Assembly: GCA_036785375.1 (NCBI GenBank)
Contig: JAWMAR010000471.1
Location: forward strand, 1,240,001-1,304,000
Origin: Leucoraja ocellata
Lineage: Eukaryota
Length of the DNA: 64,000 nucleotides
Reading direction: 5' to 3'
The number at the start of each line of letters is the position of its first letter. The first letter of the stretch is position 1. A program made the translations under genes and the position numbers. The notes under the pieces are model-generated. The model ran no database searches. It saw only the letters and a program-made list of their open reading frames with translations, and was not told the DNA's origin. Positions 12,733 to 25,175 of this stretch are shown here, piece by piece.

Positions 12733-13343
12733 CAATAACGAAAGATATTTGGGATGAAAGTTTACAACATATGCATCAATGTTCATTAAATCCCAGACAC
12801 TCTTTAATACAATTTAAAGTACAGCATAGATTATATTACTCCAAAACAAAACTAAATGGAATCTTCCCACATATCTCTCCTATCTGTGATAAAAATCAAC
12901 ATTTAGAGGCTAACCTAACTCACACATTAGCAAACTGTTTAAAAATCAAAAGCTTCTGGACGGAGATTTTTAGAATAATATCTATAGCTGTCAACACTCA
13001 ATTGGATCCCGATTTAAAACTAATAATACTAGGAATATCAGAACAAAGCCTAACATTTACAACAACCCAAAGAAACGTTATCGATTATACTGTACTAACT
13101 GGGAAAACATTAATATTAACCTCTTGGAAAGGTCCTATAACCACCACAATTAAAATGTGGATTGTAGAAATGTCGGAGACCTTACATTTGGAAAGAATCA
13201 GACTTGGCTTAGTGGACAAACAAGAACTTTTTTTTATCAGAATATGGTCTCCATTCATTGACTACGTGAAGGGGCAGACGGGCTCGGCACGTGAACCTGA
13301 CTGTAACCCGAAGTAAGTAACTAACTTCGAAGTAAGTAAGTTA

Positions 13344-13726
13344 AACTTACAAAATTCTTAAGGGGTTGGAGAGGCTAGATGCAGGAAGATTGTTCCCGAT
13401 GTTAGGGAAGTCCAGGACAAGGGGTCACAGCTTAAGGATAAGGGGGAAATCCTTTAAAACCGAGATGAGAAGAACTTTTTTCACACAGAGAGTGGTGAAT
13501 CTCTGGAACTCTCTGCCACAGAGGGTAGTTGAGGCCAGTTCATTGGCTATATTTAAGAAGGAGTTAGATGTGGCCCTTGTGGCGAAGGGGATCAGAGGGT
13601 ATGGAGAGAAGGCAGGTACGGGAAACTGAGTTGGATGATCAGCCATGATCATATTGAATGGCGGTGCAGGCTCGAAGGGCCGAATGGCCTACTCCTGCAC
13701 CTAATGTCTATGTTTCTATGTTTCTA
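13344..13726 (+). mobile_element. CR1 3' fragment, (ctatgttt)n-tail family
   Basis: [18 protein letters not shown]...VNLWNSLP, 3' hairpin and tail. Confidence 0.9.
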
Positions 13727-14051
13727 AGGATTAGATGAAAGGTTTCACTTTATAATTTACGAACTTATCTCCAACGTTGTATTTTTAGTAAATTATTCCA
13801 TTCTACTCTATCATGCTTTTTCCTTTTTTTTTAATTTCTCTTTCCTATTTTCTATCTATATAAAAAAAATACTAGAAGCAGTTAATATCAATCGATAATA
13901 TTAGTAATGTAGGAATGATATACATGAAATGTTTTTAATATGATATGTACCTGCCTCTAAAAGCTTATTTAAAAAAAAAGAGTCGATGAGAAGCCACCCG
14001 TCAAAGAAGACAACGCGTTTCCTCTCTCCCAAGATGTACATTGGCTTATTT

Positions 14052-14940
14052 GAGTTTAGTTTAGATGTACAGCCCCGAAGCGGATCCTCCGGTCCATCGA
14101 GCCCGCGCTGACCAGCGATCCCCGCTCACAGTTTAAGGATAAGGGGGTAATCTTTTAAGACCGAGATGAGGAAAACATTTTTCACACAGAGAGTGGTGAA
14201 TCTCTGGAATTCTCTGCCACAGAAGGTAGTTGAGGCCTGTTCACTGGCTATACTTAGGAGGGCGTTAAATGTGGCCCTTGTGGCTAAAGGGATCAGGGGA
14301 CAAGCTTTTCCCTTTGAGAATAGGGAAGATTCAAACAAGAGGACATTACTTCAGAATTAAGGGACAGAAGTTTAGGGGTAATATGAGGGGGAACTTCTTT
14401 ACTCAGAGAGTGGTAGCGGTGTGGAATGAGCTTCCAGTGGAAGTGGTGGAGGCAGGTTCATTGGTATCATTTAAAAATAAATTGGATAGGCATATGGATG
14501 AGAAGGGAATGGAGGGTTATGGTATGAGTGCAGGCAGGTGGGACTGAGGGAAAAAAAAGATGTTCGGCATGGACTTGTAGGGCCGAGATGGCCTGTTTCC
14601 GTGCTGTAATTGTTATATGGTTATATGGTTATATGGTAGGGGGAGAAGGCAGGTACAGGATACTGAGTTGGATGATCAGCAATTATCATATTGAATGGCG
14701 GTGCAGGCTCGAAGAGCCAAATGGCCTACTCCTGCACCTATTTTCTACGTGTCTATGTTTCTAACAATATCCGACACACACTAGCGACTTAAACCAAATA
14801 TATACCAAATCAATTAACCTACAAACCTGTCTGCCTTGGGGAGCTGGAGGAAACCGAAGATCTCGGAGAAAACACGCGCTGAACCTACAAATTCGGTAAA
14901 GACAAGCAACAGTAGTGGGAGCGAGCCCTGCACCATCTAC
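14052..14940. mobile_element. Nested repeats: minus-strand SINE split by two plus-strand CR1 3' fragments (14126-14762)
   Basis: SINE halves at 14052-14125 and 14763-14940; one CR1 family (14299-14636) lies inside the other. Confidence 0.8.
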
Positions 14941-15064
14941 CGCTGAGACTTCGTGCAGCCCTTGACCCTGCCGGGTTATTCCGTTTGTTCTCTTCATCTT
15001 TACTCCTCTGCGCTTTTGCAACCTGTCTTTGTATGTTCAATGAGATGTGCCGACAATTACCTAC

Positions 15065-15134
15065 CGGGTACACCAATCGCTGCAAGAATCGGATAATACA
15101 CAGATTCTATATCCACGATCTCAATATAATACAT
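15065..15134 (-). CDS. GPCR-1 exon 1
   Basis: Reverse strand ATG...MYYIEIVDIESVYYPILAAIGVP then G|GTAGGT donor; 70 nt, phase 1; same YYPILAAIGVP motif as GPCR-2 exon 1. Confidence 0.9.
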
Positions 15135-15394
15135 TTTAATTCGACGGTCTCGGCGATCACTCCTGGTGCTGCCACTCAGCGTTTGTCAGCGAAACAAACC
15201 AATCTCTGGCACATTTATAAAGTAAATAAAAGGGAAAACAGGCAATTAGGTAACATCCCTGTGGACATTACAAACAGACTTTGGAACAAACAAGTACTGT
15301 TTTCAATGTAATATTCAGAAATCACAATCATGCCGGCGACCGCTCCATACATTTCCAACAGCAGGCAGTGAACGGGTATGGACTGGCACAAGAT

Positions 15395-16775
15395 TGGGAA
15401 CATTTTTTCCTGCATTTAGCTTGTCCAGTCCTTTATAATTATATATGTTTCTATAAGATTCCCCTTATCCTTCGAAACTCCAGTGAATACAAGCCTAGTG
15501 TTTTCAATCTTTCCTCATATGACAGTCCCGCCATCCCAGGGATCAATCTCGTGAACCGACGCTGCACTGCCTCAATCACAAGGATGCCCTTCCTCAAATT
15601 AGGAGACCAAAACTGTACACAATACTCCAGATGTGGTCTCACCAGAGCCCCATCCAACTGCGGAAGAACCTATTTACTCCTGTACTGAAATCCTCTTGGT
15701 ATGAAGGCCAACAATCCGTTAGCTTTCTTCACTGCCTGCTGTAACCGTAAGCCAACTTTCAGTGACCGGTGTACAAGGACGCCCAGATCTCGCTGCACCT
15801 CCCCATTACCTAACTTAACCCCATTGAGATAATAATCTGCCCACTTGCTTTTGCCGCCAAAGTCGATAACCTCACATGTATCTATATTATACTGCATCTG
15901 TCACGCATCTGTCCACTCGCTCAACCTGTCCAGGTCATCCTGCAAACTCTTAACATCCTCTTCACAGTTCACACTGCCACCCAGCTTTGTGTCATCCGGA
16001 AACTTGCTAGTGTTGCTCCTAATTCCCTCTTCCATATCACGAATATATATGGTAAACAGTTGCGGCCCCAACACCGACCCTTGCGGCACTCCACTAGCCA
16101 CTGCCTGCCATTCTGAAAAGGACCCGTTCACTCCTACTCTTTGCTTCCGGTCTGCCAACCAATTATCTATCCATGTCAACACCCAACCCCCAATACCATG
16201 TGTTCTAATGTTAGTCACGAGTCTCCCGTGTGGGATCTTATTAAAGGCTTTCTGAAAGTCTAGATACACTACATCCACTGGCACCCCTTCATCCACTGTG
16301 TCACAGCCTCAAAAAATTTCAGAGGATTAGACAAGCGTGATTTCCCTTTCATAAATCCATGGTGACTTGGACTAATACTTTTACTGTTATCCAAATGCCC
16401 CATTATTACCTCTTCAATAATTGACACCAGCAAATTTCCCATCACCGACGTCAGGCTAACTGGTTTGCAATTCCCTGTTTTCTCTCTCGCTCCTTTCTTG
16501 AAAAGTGGGATAACATTAGCTACCCTCCAATCCACTTGAACGGATCCTGAATCTATTGAACATTAGAAAATGATCACCAATGCGTCCACTATTTCTAGAG
16601 CCACCTCCCCGAGGACCCTGGGATGCAGACCGTCAGGTCCAGGGGATTTATCATCCTTCAGTCCGTTTAGCTTACCCAATACTATTTCTGGCCTAATAAA
16701 ATGTCTTTCAGTACCTCTACCCCCTTAGATCCTCTGTCCTCCAGTATATCTGGGAGATTGTTTGTGGCTTCCTTA
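15395..16775 (-). mobile_element. CR1 ORF2 fragment
   Basis: [34 protein letters not shown] in broken frames. Confidence 0.9.
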
Positions 16776-17294
16776 ACCAGAGGTTCACTAAAGAAGTACA
16801 TAGTAGTTCAGCACTGCCCCCTGGTTGTGGTAGGACGATCACTTTGCCTGATCACAGATGGGGAGAAACTGTCCCTGAATCTGGAGGTGTGCCAGATTGG
16901 AATTGGAGAAGATTGAGTCGGCACGGCGCAACTCGTCCTTGATCATGCTGCGAGCCCTGGCGAGGCCGCGCGAGCTTTAAGTAAATGGAGGCAATAGAAA
17001 GGAGGTTGGTAGAATGGAGCTAGCCAGCAAAACGGCGTGAGAGGTGGATTTCGGACAAGAACGCATGCGATCTGAGTATAATTTTAAATCGGGGTTCCTT
17101 AGCATATACTATCGAGGCCTCTTAGGGAATGAATTGTGGAGATTGCGCCAGGGATTGGGAGTGATAAATGGAAATATCAAAGGACTTGGGATGATGGAAC
17201 CTAAGAAGAAAGGAAGGTGATTACTTCAAACAGGTGAGGCAGGGATGTTGTCAAGGTGGAACATTGGAGGGAGGGAATGCGTGAAAGGGTTGTT

Positions 17295-17625
17295 TTGTTT
17301 AGTTTAGTTTAGAGATGCAGCATGGAAAGAGCCCCTTCGGCCCACTGAATCTACAATGCCCCTCTATCACCCATCCACACTACATTTATAGCCGAACTCA
17401 CTCATCCACTCTCTGCACGCTGGCTGCAAATTGCAGAGGACGAATAACGTACAAATCGGCACATCTTTGGCATGTGGGAATATACCGGAGCACCCGGAGA
17501 AACCCACATGATCACAGGGAGAAAGTGCAAACTCTTCAGAGGCAGCTCCCGATGTCAGGTGCGAACCCGGGTATCTGGCGCTATGAGAGAGCAGCTCTTG
17601 CAGATGCGCCAGTATGCCATCATCA
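17295..17625 (-). mobile_element. SINE (degenerate)
   Basis: Reverse-complement match to the SINE at 574-955. Confidence 0.7.
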
Positions 17626-18002
17626 CTGTGGCAATGCGCTAGGAGAAGCATGTAGCCGATGAGGTAGGTGGCTTTGGGAACGAATCTGGGTGATAGTGGG
17701 ATTGTTCTATTTGTAAAAATCGAACGAACCCAGCAGATCGGAAATGAACACAAAATGCTGGAGTATCTGAGCGGGGCAGGCAGCTTCTCTGGAGAGAAGG
17801 AATAGTTGACTCTTTAAACAGGCCAGACGGAAGAGTGGTGTCGACACGAAACGTTACCCATTCCTTCTCTCCAGAGATGCTGCCTGTTCCGGAATGTTGT
17901 GTCTACCTTCGGTGTAAACCAGCATTTGCAGTTCCTTCCCGGAGAGTAGAACGGTGGTCAGGACGAGACCGTTGGAAGAGAGTAACCTACAACAGTAGAA
18001 TT

Positions 18003-18655
18003 TCAGAATCAGAATCAGAATCAGATTTTACTCGCCAAGTATGTTTTGCAACATATCAGGAATTTCAATGGCCAGGTCAGGCATACAATTAAAAACAACA
18101 TATTTAACATGAACATCCACCACAGTGACTCCTCCACAATCCTCACTGTGATGGAAGGCGAAATAAAGTTCAAGTCTTGTCCTTTGTTCTTCATTGGTCG
18201 GGGGGGGGGGGGGGGGTCTCGAGACCCCGTTGACGGGACGGTCTTAACTCCGGTAGCCGGCGGCGAGGCGTTCAGCTCCTGCATCGGGGGGTGGGGGGGG
18301 GGGGGGTTGTCACCTCCCCCTCGCCGGGCGATCGAACCTCGCCTCGGGGCTGGACGAACCTTCTGCGGCGTTAGAACTCCCGACCTGCCTCTACCGAGAC
18401 TTCGATCCCTTGTTGGTAAGTCCACGGTGGACGCGGTGGGAGCGATACCAGGCAAGGGATCCGCTCCGATGGTAAGTCCGTGCCCGGCGGTGGGGCTCAC
18501 GGCAGTCCGAGGCGGCTCCCAGCTCCAGCGTTGGTAGGCCGCAGAGCCCTGGCAATGTGATCCTAAAAATGATCACAACTCCGGGACGGTAAGGACTTGA
18601 AAAAAAGTCCCCCCCCCATGAAACAAACTTAAAAACATAAAAACAAACTTTTATT
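18003..18655. repeat. Unclassified dispersed repeat, related copy at ~23820-24290
   Basis: Shared aacatcca(c/t)ca(c)agtgac...tcactgt...gaagg and tcagctcctgcatcgg blocks with simple-repeat ends. Confidence 0.6.
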
Positions 18656-18659
18656 TGTT

Positions 18660-19443
18660 TAGCAGACTATTATCTAAATGGTGGCCGATTGGGAAAGGGG
18701 GAGATGCAGCGAGACCTGGGTGTCATGGTACACCAGTCGTTGAAGGTAGGCATGCAGGTGCAGCAGGCAGTAAAGAAAGCGAATGGTATGTTAGCTTTCA
18801 TTGCAAACGGATTTGAGTATAGGAGCAGAGAGGTTCTACTGCAGTTGTACAGGGTCTTGGTGAGACCACACCTGGAGTATTGCGTACAGTTTTGGTCTCC
18901 AAATCTGAGGAAGGACATTATTGCCATAGAGGGAGTGCAGAGACGGTTCACCAGACTGATTCCTGGGATGTCAGGACTGTCTTATGAAGAAAGACTGGAT
19001 AGACTTGGTTTATACTCTCTAGAATTTAGAAGATTGAGAGGGAATCTTATAGAAACTTACAAAATTCTTAAGGGGTTGGACAGGCTAGATGAAGGAAGAT
19101 TGTTCCCGATGTTAGGGAAGTCCAGGACAAGGGGTCACAGCTTAAGGATAAAGGGGAAATCCTTTAAAACCGAGATGAGAAGAACTTTTTTCACACAGAG
19201 AGTGGTGAATCTCTGGAACTCTCTGCCACAGAGGGTAGTTGAGGCCAGTTCATTGGCTATATTTAAGAGGGAGTTAGATGTGGCCCTTGTGGCTAAGGGG
19301 ATCAGACGGTATGGAGAGAAGGCAGGTACGGGATACTGAGTTGGATGATCAGCCATGATCATATTGAATGGCGGTGTAGGCTCGAAGGGCCGAATGGCCT
19401 CTACTCCTACACCTAATTTCTATGTTTCTATGTTTCTATGTTT
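18660..19443 (+). mobile_element. CR1 3' fragment
   Basis: 216-aa ORF2 C-terminus 18689-19339 plus (ctatgttt)n tail. Confidence 0.93.
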
Positions 19444-19569
19444 AAACAGACATAAAGATAACAAAAGTTGAGAAAACTAACAGACTGCCGGCAGGGCTAA
19501 CCACCTCCATGGTGGTCAGTAATGTTTACTTTTGCAGTGGTGCTTTACAATCGGCGGTAGGGTCTCATT

Positions 19570-19940
19570 CCTACCATGGCGCGTCGCGGCCTGGGCCTGG
19601 CCAAGCTGGCCATCCGCGAGTCACGGCGCCAGACGGTGTAGGGCTCTACCCGAGCCAGCTGCCTGCCCCTTTTCCGGGGTTTCGTCCGTGCACGGGTGGG
19701 ATTAGAAAGGGAATACGCCTACGGGCACCCTGATGGAGTTCCGGGACCGCTGGGCTCCGCAGGGTGTTGAATGTATCCGCAATAAGGATTGTATCATAGT
19801 TGTATAGTAGTTTATTACGGATACATGTTTGTATTGTATTATGGTGGTGGGTTCTGGATTGTTTTATTGTAGTGTAAATATTATTTTTTTAAATAATTGA
19901 ATACATTTTGTTGTAATAAAAGAAAATAAAAAAATAAAAA
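19570..19940 (+). mobile_element. Tx1/L1-like LINE 3' end
   Basis: FRGFVRARVGLEREYA...EFRDRWAPQG-like C-terminus, T-rich UTR, A-rich tail. Confidence 0.55.
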
Positions 19941-20255
19941 TGGCGCGTCGCGGTGAGCAAGCGCAATGCACTCACGTTATTTCATTTGACAAACTCCGGT
20001 CGCAGCAGAACAGCGCTGCGCACGTTCACGCAGCCCGTACTCCGCTCAGTGTCAACAGTTGTGGCTGTACCATCGAGGTCACATTTGATCCTCTAGGTCT
20101 GAATGCTTTGTCAGATCTGTGAGCCTGAAGGGCTGGTTACGGCGGGTGGCTGCTCGTATTTGGACCATTCATCGGGGACCGGGGGGGGGGGGGGGTGAAG
20201 CTCCAACAATTGTGCTCCGACTGTGGGTTTCCTGGCCTGTGGATTCGGAAACATC

Positions 20256-20301
20256 ATGCGGATCTTCAACGCTCCGTTCTTCGTCGTTACATCGCTGCTC
20301 G
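20256..20301 (+). pseudogene. Leader exon of V2
   Basis: ATG...MRIFNAPFFVVTSLL then G|GTTAGT donor; 46 nt, phase 1, matching the acceptor at 21500. Confidence 0.8.
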
Positions 20302-20449
20302 GTTAGTATTTCCGTCTCCAAAATTATTTATTGGATCTTGTTACTACACATATTAAATTGGAGAAAGGGGTGATTGAGTTGATTGAAGAAATCATGTTAA
20401 CTGATATGGACACAAACGGGCTACTGGAGAGAAGGAATGTGTGGCGTTT

Positions 20450-21330
20450 CATAGAAACATAGAAACATCGAAAATAGTTGCAGTGGTAGGTCATTCGGCC
20501 CTTCGAGCCTGCACCGTCATTCAATGTGATCATGGCTGATCAACCAACCCAGTACCTTGAACCTGCCTTCTCTCCATGCCCCCTGGTCCCTTTAGCCACA
20601 AGGGTCACATCCAACTCCCTCTTAAATATAGCCAATAAACTGTGGCCTCAACTACTTTCTGCGGCAGAGAATTCCACAGAGTCACCACTCTCTGTGTGAT
20701 TTTTTTTTCTCATCTCGATCCTAAAAGACTTCCCCCTTATCCTTAAACTGTGACCCCTTGTTGTGGACTTCCCCAACATCGGGAACAATCTTCTTGCGTC
20801 TAGCCTGTCCAACCCCGTAATAATTTTGTAAGTTTCTATATGATCCCTCCTCAATCTTCTAAATTCTAGCGAGTTCAAGCCGAGTCTATCCAGTCTTTCT
20901 TCATATGAAAGTCCTGCCATCCCAGGAATCTCACCATTTGGTCCCACCAACGCCCTGTACAACTGCAATAGAATCTCCCTGCTCCTATACTCAAATGCTT
21001 TTGCTATGAATGCTAACATACCATTCGCTTTCTTCACTGCCTGCTGCACCTACATGCCGACTTTCAATGACTGGTGTACCATGACACCCAGGTCTCGTTG
21101 CATCTCCCCTTTTCCTAATCGGCCATCATTCTGATAATAGTCTACTTTCCTGTTCTTGCCACCAACGTTATACTGCATCTGCCGTGCATTTGCCCAATCA
21201 CCCAGCCTATCCAAGTCACCTTGCAGCCTCCTAGCATCCTCCGCACAGCTAACACTGCCCCCCAGCTTAGTGTCATCCGCAAAAATGCAGACGTTGCATT
21301 CAATTTCCTCGTCCAAATCATTAATATATA
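20450..21330 (-). mobile_element. CR1 fragment in the V2 leader intron
   Basis: FADD and ORF2 C-terminus; tail at ~20450. Confidence 0.9.
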
Positions 21331-21500
21331 TATTTCGAGACTCATAAGAAGGATCTCGACCCGAAACGTCACCCATTCCTTATCTCCAGAGATGTTGCAT
21401 GGCCCGCTAAGTTAATCCAGTTGTTGTGACTATCTTCGGTTTAAATCAGCATCTACAGTTCCTCCCTACACATGTTAACTGACATATGGTTTACTGTTAG

Positions 21501-21782
21501 ACTGGAGCATCCAGGACTCGGTGGCACAGTCGGTCTCTGAAATGACGTTCGCAGTTAAAGATGACATCGCGCTAGAATGCTCCTTTGGAACGGCAGGGAC
21601 AATCCTGAATGTTTATTGGTACAGACAGCGACGTGGGCGGCAGCCAGTGATCCTGTTTCGGATTACGGCAAGGATACTAAAGAGAAATGGGGATCTCACA
21701 GACCGATTCTCTTCCACGTACAATAAGGCTGCAAAAACCTTATTAGGTTAATCATCCGCGCGTCCGAGATTACCGACTCCGC
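21501..21782 (+). pseudogene. TCR alpha/delta V pseudogene (V2)
   Basis: Acceptor ttactgttag. (D)WSIQDSVAQ...ALECSF...VYWYRQ...RFSSTYNKAAKT, frameshift near 21740, then RLIIRASEITDSA; the YYC motif is missing. Confidence 0.9.
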
Positions 21783-21821
21783 CACGTTGCCGAAGAAACA
21801 CGGCGGACACGCACAAAAACA
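21783..21821 (+). promoter_or_regulatory. 23-RSS of V2
   Basis: CACGTTG 21783-21789, exactly 23 nt, ACAAAAACA 21813-21821. Confidence 0.8.
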
Positions 21822-22044
21822 CACCGCATGCAATTGTGTACGGAGCCGCCAGATGGCGCACTCCACTACTAGCACGACAATACGCAAACAATGAAACAGC
21901 AACAATACAATACATTTTATTTGTCATTTGGACCCCTTGAGGTCCAAACGAAATGTCGTTTCTGCAGCCATACATTACAAAACAAAACGCACCGTATCGT
22001 CTCCCTGCTGCGGCACGGCGGCAACATGTGCATACAGGTAGAGG

Positions 22045-23590
22045 TAGAAACATACTAAAACTGGTGCAGGACTAGGCCATTCGAACATTTGAGCCAGCAC
22101 CGCCGTTCAACGTGGCCATGTCATATGCTGAGAGAATGGAGCGGCTGGGCTTGTGTACTCTGGAGTTCAGAATGATGAGAGGGAATCCTATTGACACATG
22201 TAATATTATTAAGGGTTTGGACATAATAGAGAATGGAAATATGTCCCAATGTTGGGAGAGTCCAGAACCAGGGGCCGCAGTTTGAGAATAAAGGATAAGC
22301 CATTTAGATTGGAGAGGAGGAAACACTTTTTTTCTCACAGAGAGTTGTGAGTCTGTGGAATTCTCTGCCTCAGAGGGCGATGGAGGCCGGTTCTCTGGAT
22401 ACAGAGACAGCGAAGTCAGGGGATATGGGAAGACGGCATGAACGGGGTACTGATTGGGGATAATCAGCCATGATCACATTGAATGGCGGTGCTGGCTCGA
22501 AGGGTCGAATGGCCTACCCCTGCACCTACTGTCCGTTGTCGGTTGTCTATAATTGTATATGTTTCTATTAGATCTGCTATCATCCTTCTAAATTCCCGCG
22601 AATAGAAGCCCAGTCGACCCATTCTTTCATCAGACGTCAGTCCCGCCATCGCGGGAATTAACCCAGCGAACCTACGCTGCATTCCCTCAATAGCAATAAT
22701 GTCCTTCCTCAACTTAGGAGACGAACATTGCGCACAATATTCTTGGCGCGGTCTGAAAGACTTGGGAGACAACGCAGTCAGTGTCTGTGGTCAAACGTTA
22801 ACGATTCTGAGCAAGCGACACTACTGTCGCGTGTGGCCGATTGGGAAAGGGGGAGATGCAGCGAGACCTGGGTGTCATGGTGCACCAGTCATTGAAGGTA
22901 GGCATGCAGGTGCAGCAGGCAGTAAAGAAAGCGAATGGTATGTTAGCTTTCATTGCAAAATGATTTGAGTATAGGAGCAGGGAGGTTCTACTGCAGTTGT
23001 ACAGGGTCTTGGTGAGACCACACCTGGAGTATTGCGTACAGTTTTGGTCTCCAAATCTGAGGAAGGACATTATTGCCATAAAGGGAGTGCAGAGAAGGTT
23101 CACCAGACTGATTCCTGGGATGTCAGGACTGTCCTATGAAGAAAGACTGGATAGACTTGGTTTATACGCTCTAGAATTTAGGAGATTGAGAGGGGATCTT
23201 ATAGAAACTTACAAAATTCTTAAGGGGTTGTACAGGCTAGATGCAGGAAGATTGTTCACGATGTTGGGGAAGTCCAGGACAAGGGGTCACAGCTTAAGGA
23301 TAAGGGGGAAATCCTTTAAAACCGAGATGAGAAGAACTTTTTTCACACAGAGAGTGGTGAATCTCTGGAACTCTCCGCCACAGAGGGTAGTGGAGGCCAG
23401 TCCATTGGCTATATTTAAGAGGGAGTTAGATGTGGCCCTTGTGGCTAAGGGGATCAGGGGGTATGGAGAGAAGGCAGGTACGGGATACTGAGTTGGATGA
23501 TCAGCCATGATCATATTGAATGGCGGTGCGGGCTCGAAGGGCCGAATGGCCTACTCCTGCACCTAATTTCTGTGTTTCTGTGTTTCTGTG
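22045..23590. mobile_element. Cluster of CR1 fragments on both strands
   Basis: + copies at ~22120-22545 and ~22833-23590, - copy at ~22550-22745; ORF2 C-terminal peptides. Confidence 0.88.
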
Positions 23591-24531
23591 CGTGTTGTTG
23601 ACTAATCGCTCTCGTTTGGGCTCCTTCTTACATTAAATGCAGCTGATGATCTTGAGAAGCAATACTTTATATTCTTTCTATTTGATAGGTCGTCCATGAA
23701 AAGCTATTGTTTTAACATAACGTTATTACTTCCACTCTATGCACCCATAAAATCAGAAGACCATGTGATACGAGTCGTATGAGGCCATTTGTCCCCATCA
23801 AATCTACTTCACCATTCAATACAATACAATACAATTATACTTTATTGGCAAAGTATTGTTAGCAACATACGAGGAATTTCATTTGCCAAGTCATTCATAC
23901 AAATTAAATAAAAAGCAACCGAACACACAAAATACATTTTAACATCAACATCCATCACAGTGACCCCTCCACATTTCTCACTGTAATGAAGGTAAAACCA
24001 AAAGTTCAATCTCTTCCCTTCTTTGTCCTCCAGCGGTCGGGGGCCTCTAACCTTCTGTTGACCGGAAGATCTTATTCCCGTAGCTGGCGGTGGGCCTTCC
24101 TCGTCGGGCCGATCAGCTCCTGCATCGGTGGGGAATCTCAGTTACCCCGCGCCGGCGATCTGACCTCGGGTCTGGGCTTGTCGAACGTCGAGCGGCTTAA
24201 GGAGCTTCCCGACTCGGTCTCTCCAGAGACTGCGAGCCCTTGATGTTAAAGTCTGCAGGCCGCGATTGGAGCGTCGATCCGAGGCAATTCCTCTAAACTC
24301 CAGCGAGTGCCTTTAAGCGCAGATTACATGCTCACCCATTCATCTCCTCTCTCTGCAGGACCAGCACAGCCTTCATCAGATGTGTTGCCCAAACCGTCTC
24401 ACAACATCTCACTCGCATTTCCCCGCCCATTTCTCGATTTGCAGCTCTACACGCGTTACATAGCACAACCGCTTTAATATTACGTGCATGAAAGAACTGC
24501 ACATGCTGATTTAAATCGAAGGTGGACACAA

Positions 24532-25175
24532 TATAGAAACATAGAAACATAGAAATTAGGTGCAGGAGTAGGCCATTCGGCCCTTCGAGCCTGCACCGCC
24601 ATTCAATATGATCATGGCTGATCATCCAACTCAGTATCCCGTACCTGCCTTCTCTCCATACCCTCTGATCCCCTTAGCCACAACGGCCACATCTAACTCC
24701 CTCTTAAATAGAGCCAATGAACTGGCCTCGACTACCCTCTGCGGCAGCGAGTTCCAGAGATTCACCACTCTCTGTGTGAAAAAATTCTTCTCATCTCGGT
24801 TTTAAATGATTTCCTCCTTATCCTTAAACTGTGACCCCTTGTCCTGGACTTCCCCAACATCGGGAGCTATCTTCCTGCATCTAGCCTGTCCAACCCCTTA
24901 AGAATTTTGTAAGTTTCTATAAGATCCCCTCTCAATCTCCTAAATTCTAGAGAGTATAAACCAAGTCTATCCAGTCTTTCTTCATAAGACAGTCCTGACA
25001 TCTCAGGAATCAGTCTGGTGAACCTTCTCTGCACTCCCTCTATGGCAATAATGTCCTTCCTCAGATTTGGAGACCAAAACTGTACGCAATACTCCAGGTG
25101 TGGTCTCACCAAGACCCTGTACAACTGCAGTAGAACCTCCCTGCTCCTATACTGAAATCCTTTTGCTATGAAAGC
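24532..25175 (-). mobile_element. CR1 3' fragment
   Basis: (atagaaac)n tail and ORF2 C-terminus. Confidence 0.9.

Larger units (their letters stand above)
11255..13980 (+). mobile_element. L1-clade LINE ORF2 (degenerate) with 3' UTR and A-rich tail
   Basis: RQGCPLSPLLFELAIEP, LYADD, YRINWNKSE, C-terminal Cys/His region (ORF 12771-13316); many stops and frameshifts. Confidence 0.9.
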
